Origin: Bacteroidales bacterium
Lineage (GTDB): Bacteria > Bacteroidota > Bacteroidia > Bacteroidales > UBA12481
Direction: 5' to 3'
Assembly: GCA_028686135.1 (NCBI GenBank)
Contig: JAQUCP010000002.1
Coordinates: 11,306-75,305 of the forward strand
Length of the DNA stretch: 64,000 nucleotides
Made by a program: the position numbers and the translations under genes. Of the stretch, positions 63,623 through 64,000 are shown piece by piece; within the stretch, counting starts at the first letter, position 1; each line of letters begins with the position of its first letter. The notes beneath the pieces were generated by a model. That model was not told where the DNA came from, did no database searches, and saw only the letters and a list, made by a program, of their open reading frames with translations.

Positions 63623-64000
63623 TTAGTTCATAGTAAGTTCGTGGAATATATCCTCCAGTTTTGTCTCTACGATGCTCATTTCTGTCAGGACCCACTGGTT
63701 TGAAACACAGGTATTAAAGACTTCCCGACGGGAGCTTTGGTTGGCGTGACTCTGGATTTCAAAACGGTTATCAGAACCGGACAAGGGGTTTACCCAATCC
63801 ACCGTGCTGATCCCGTTTAAAGCTTTCACTATTGCATCTTTTGTTCCGCCTTCAATGGTCAGTTTGAGCATCTCCTGTCCCTGGGCTTTCTTGCGCAGAT
63901 TATCAGGCGTGCCGTCTGCTACAATTTTCCCTTTATTGATGATAAGAATCCGGTCGCAGGTGGCCTCTACCTCTGCCAGGATGTGCGAACTGAGGATTAC
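63623..64000 (-). CDS. gldA: ABC transporter ATP-binding protein, GldA-like (partial; N-terminus beyond window end)
   Basis: The reading frame is open to position 64000. My translation is VILSSHILAEVEATCDRILIINKGKIVADGTPDNLRKKAQGQEMLKL..., which covers the H-loop/D-loop region and C-terminal domain of an ABC ATPase. Confidence 0.7.
   Translation of the reverse strand, partial: VILSSHILAEVEATCDRILIINKGKIVADGTPDNLRKKAQGQEMLKLTIEGGTKDAIVKALNGISTVDWVNPLSGSDNRFEIQSHANQSSRREVFNTCVSNQWVLTEMSIVETKLEDIFHELTMN

Overview
This is a dense chromosomal segment of about 56 protein-coding genes and looks Bacteroidota-type. The evidence for that is gldA/F/G-like genes, a T9SS type-B (CHU_C-like) sorting domain, a CarboxypepD_reg-type TonB-dependent receptor, DUF1599/DUF1080-type genes and starts with little or no Shine-Dalgarno sequence. 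I saw no rRNA, tRNA or CRISPR array.

Gene content from left to right:
- A truncated PAS histidine kinase.
- A small glycan-trimming set: GH29 fucosidase, GH20 hexosaminidase and a double DUF1080 protein.
- An Fe-type alcohol dehydrogenase.
- A DmsABC-like Tat-dependent molybdoenzyme operon.
- lipB-lipA.
- A PsrABC-like molybdoenzyme operon, followed by a split YeeE/YedE pair and an unusual membrane-anchored rhodanese-like protein.
- A three-gene, translationally coupled AmmeMemoRadiSam operon. It carries a Memo-AMMECR1 fusion and an 838-aa spermidine-synthase-like polytopic membrane protein, and it is bounded upstream by an IS5-family remnant and an octamer tandem repeat.
- Housekeeping genes: rsmE, tpiA, folP, cdaA, ppdK, xerD, aroQ, pyk, lgt, argR-argG-argH and nth.
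- A 1477-aa orphan secreted protein.
- Two tandem amidohydrolase paralogs.
- A T9SS cargo operon.
- A GT9 gene set.
- A His/Cys-rich protein, a TonB-dependent receptor and an HMA-protein metal cluster.
- A GldA/F/G + DUF4340 ABC system that runs off the right edge.

The most interesting candidates are the extended AmmeMemoRadiSam operon (18.7-23.9 kb) and the Psr/YeeE/rhodanese module (13.1-18.7 kb). In the latter, the rhodanese-like protein has lost its loop cysteine, and its only Cys is the C-terminal residue.

All functional calls rest on motif recognition by eye in the supplied translations. No database search was possible.
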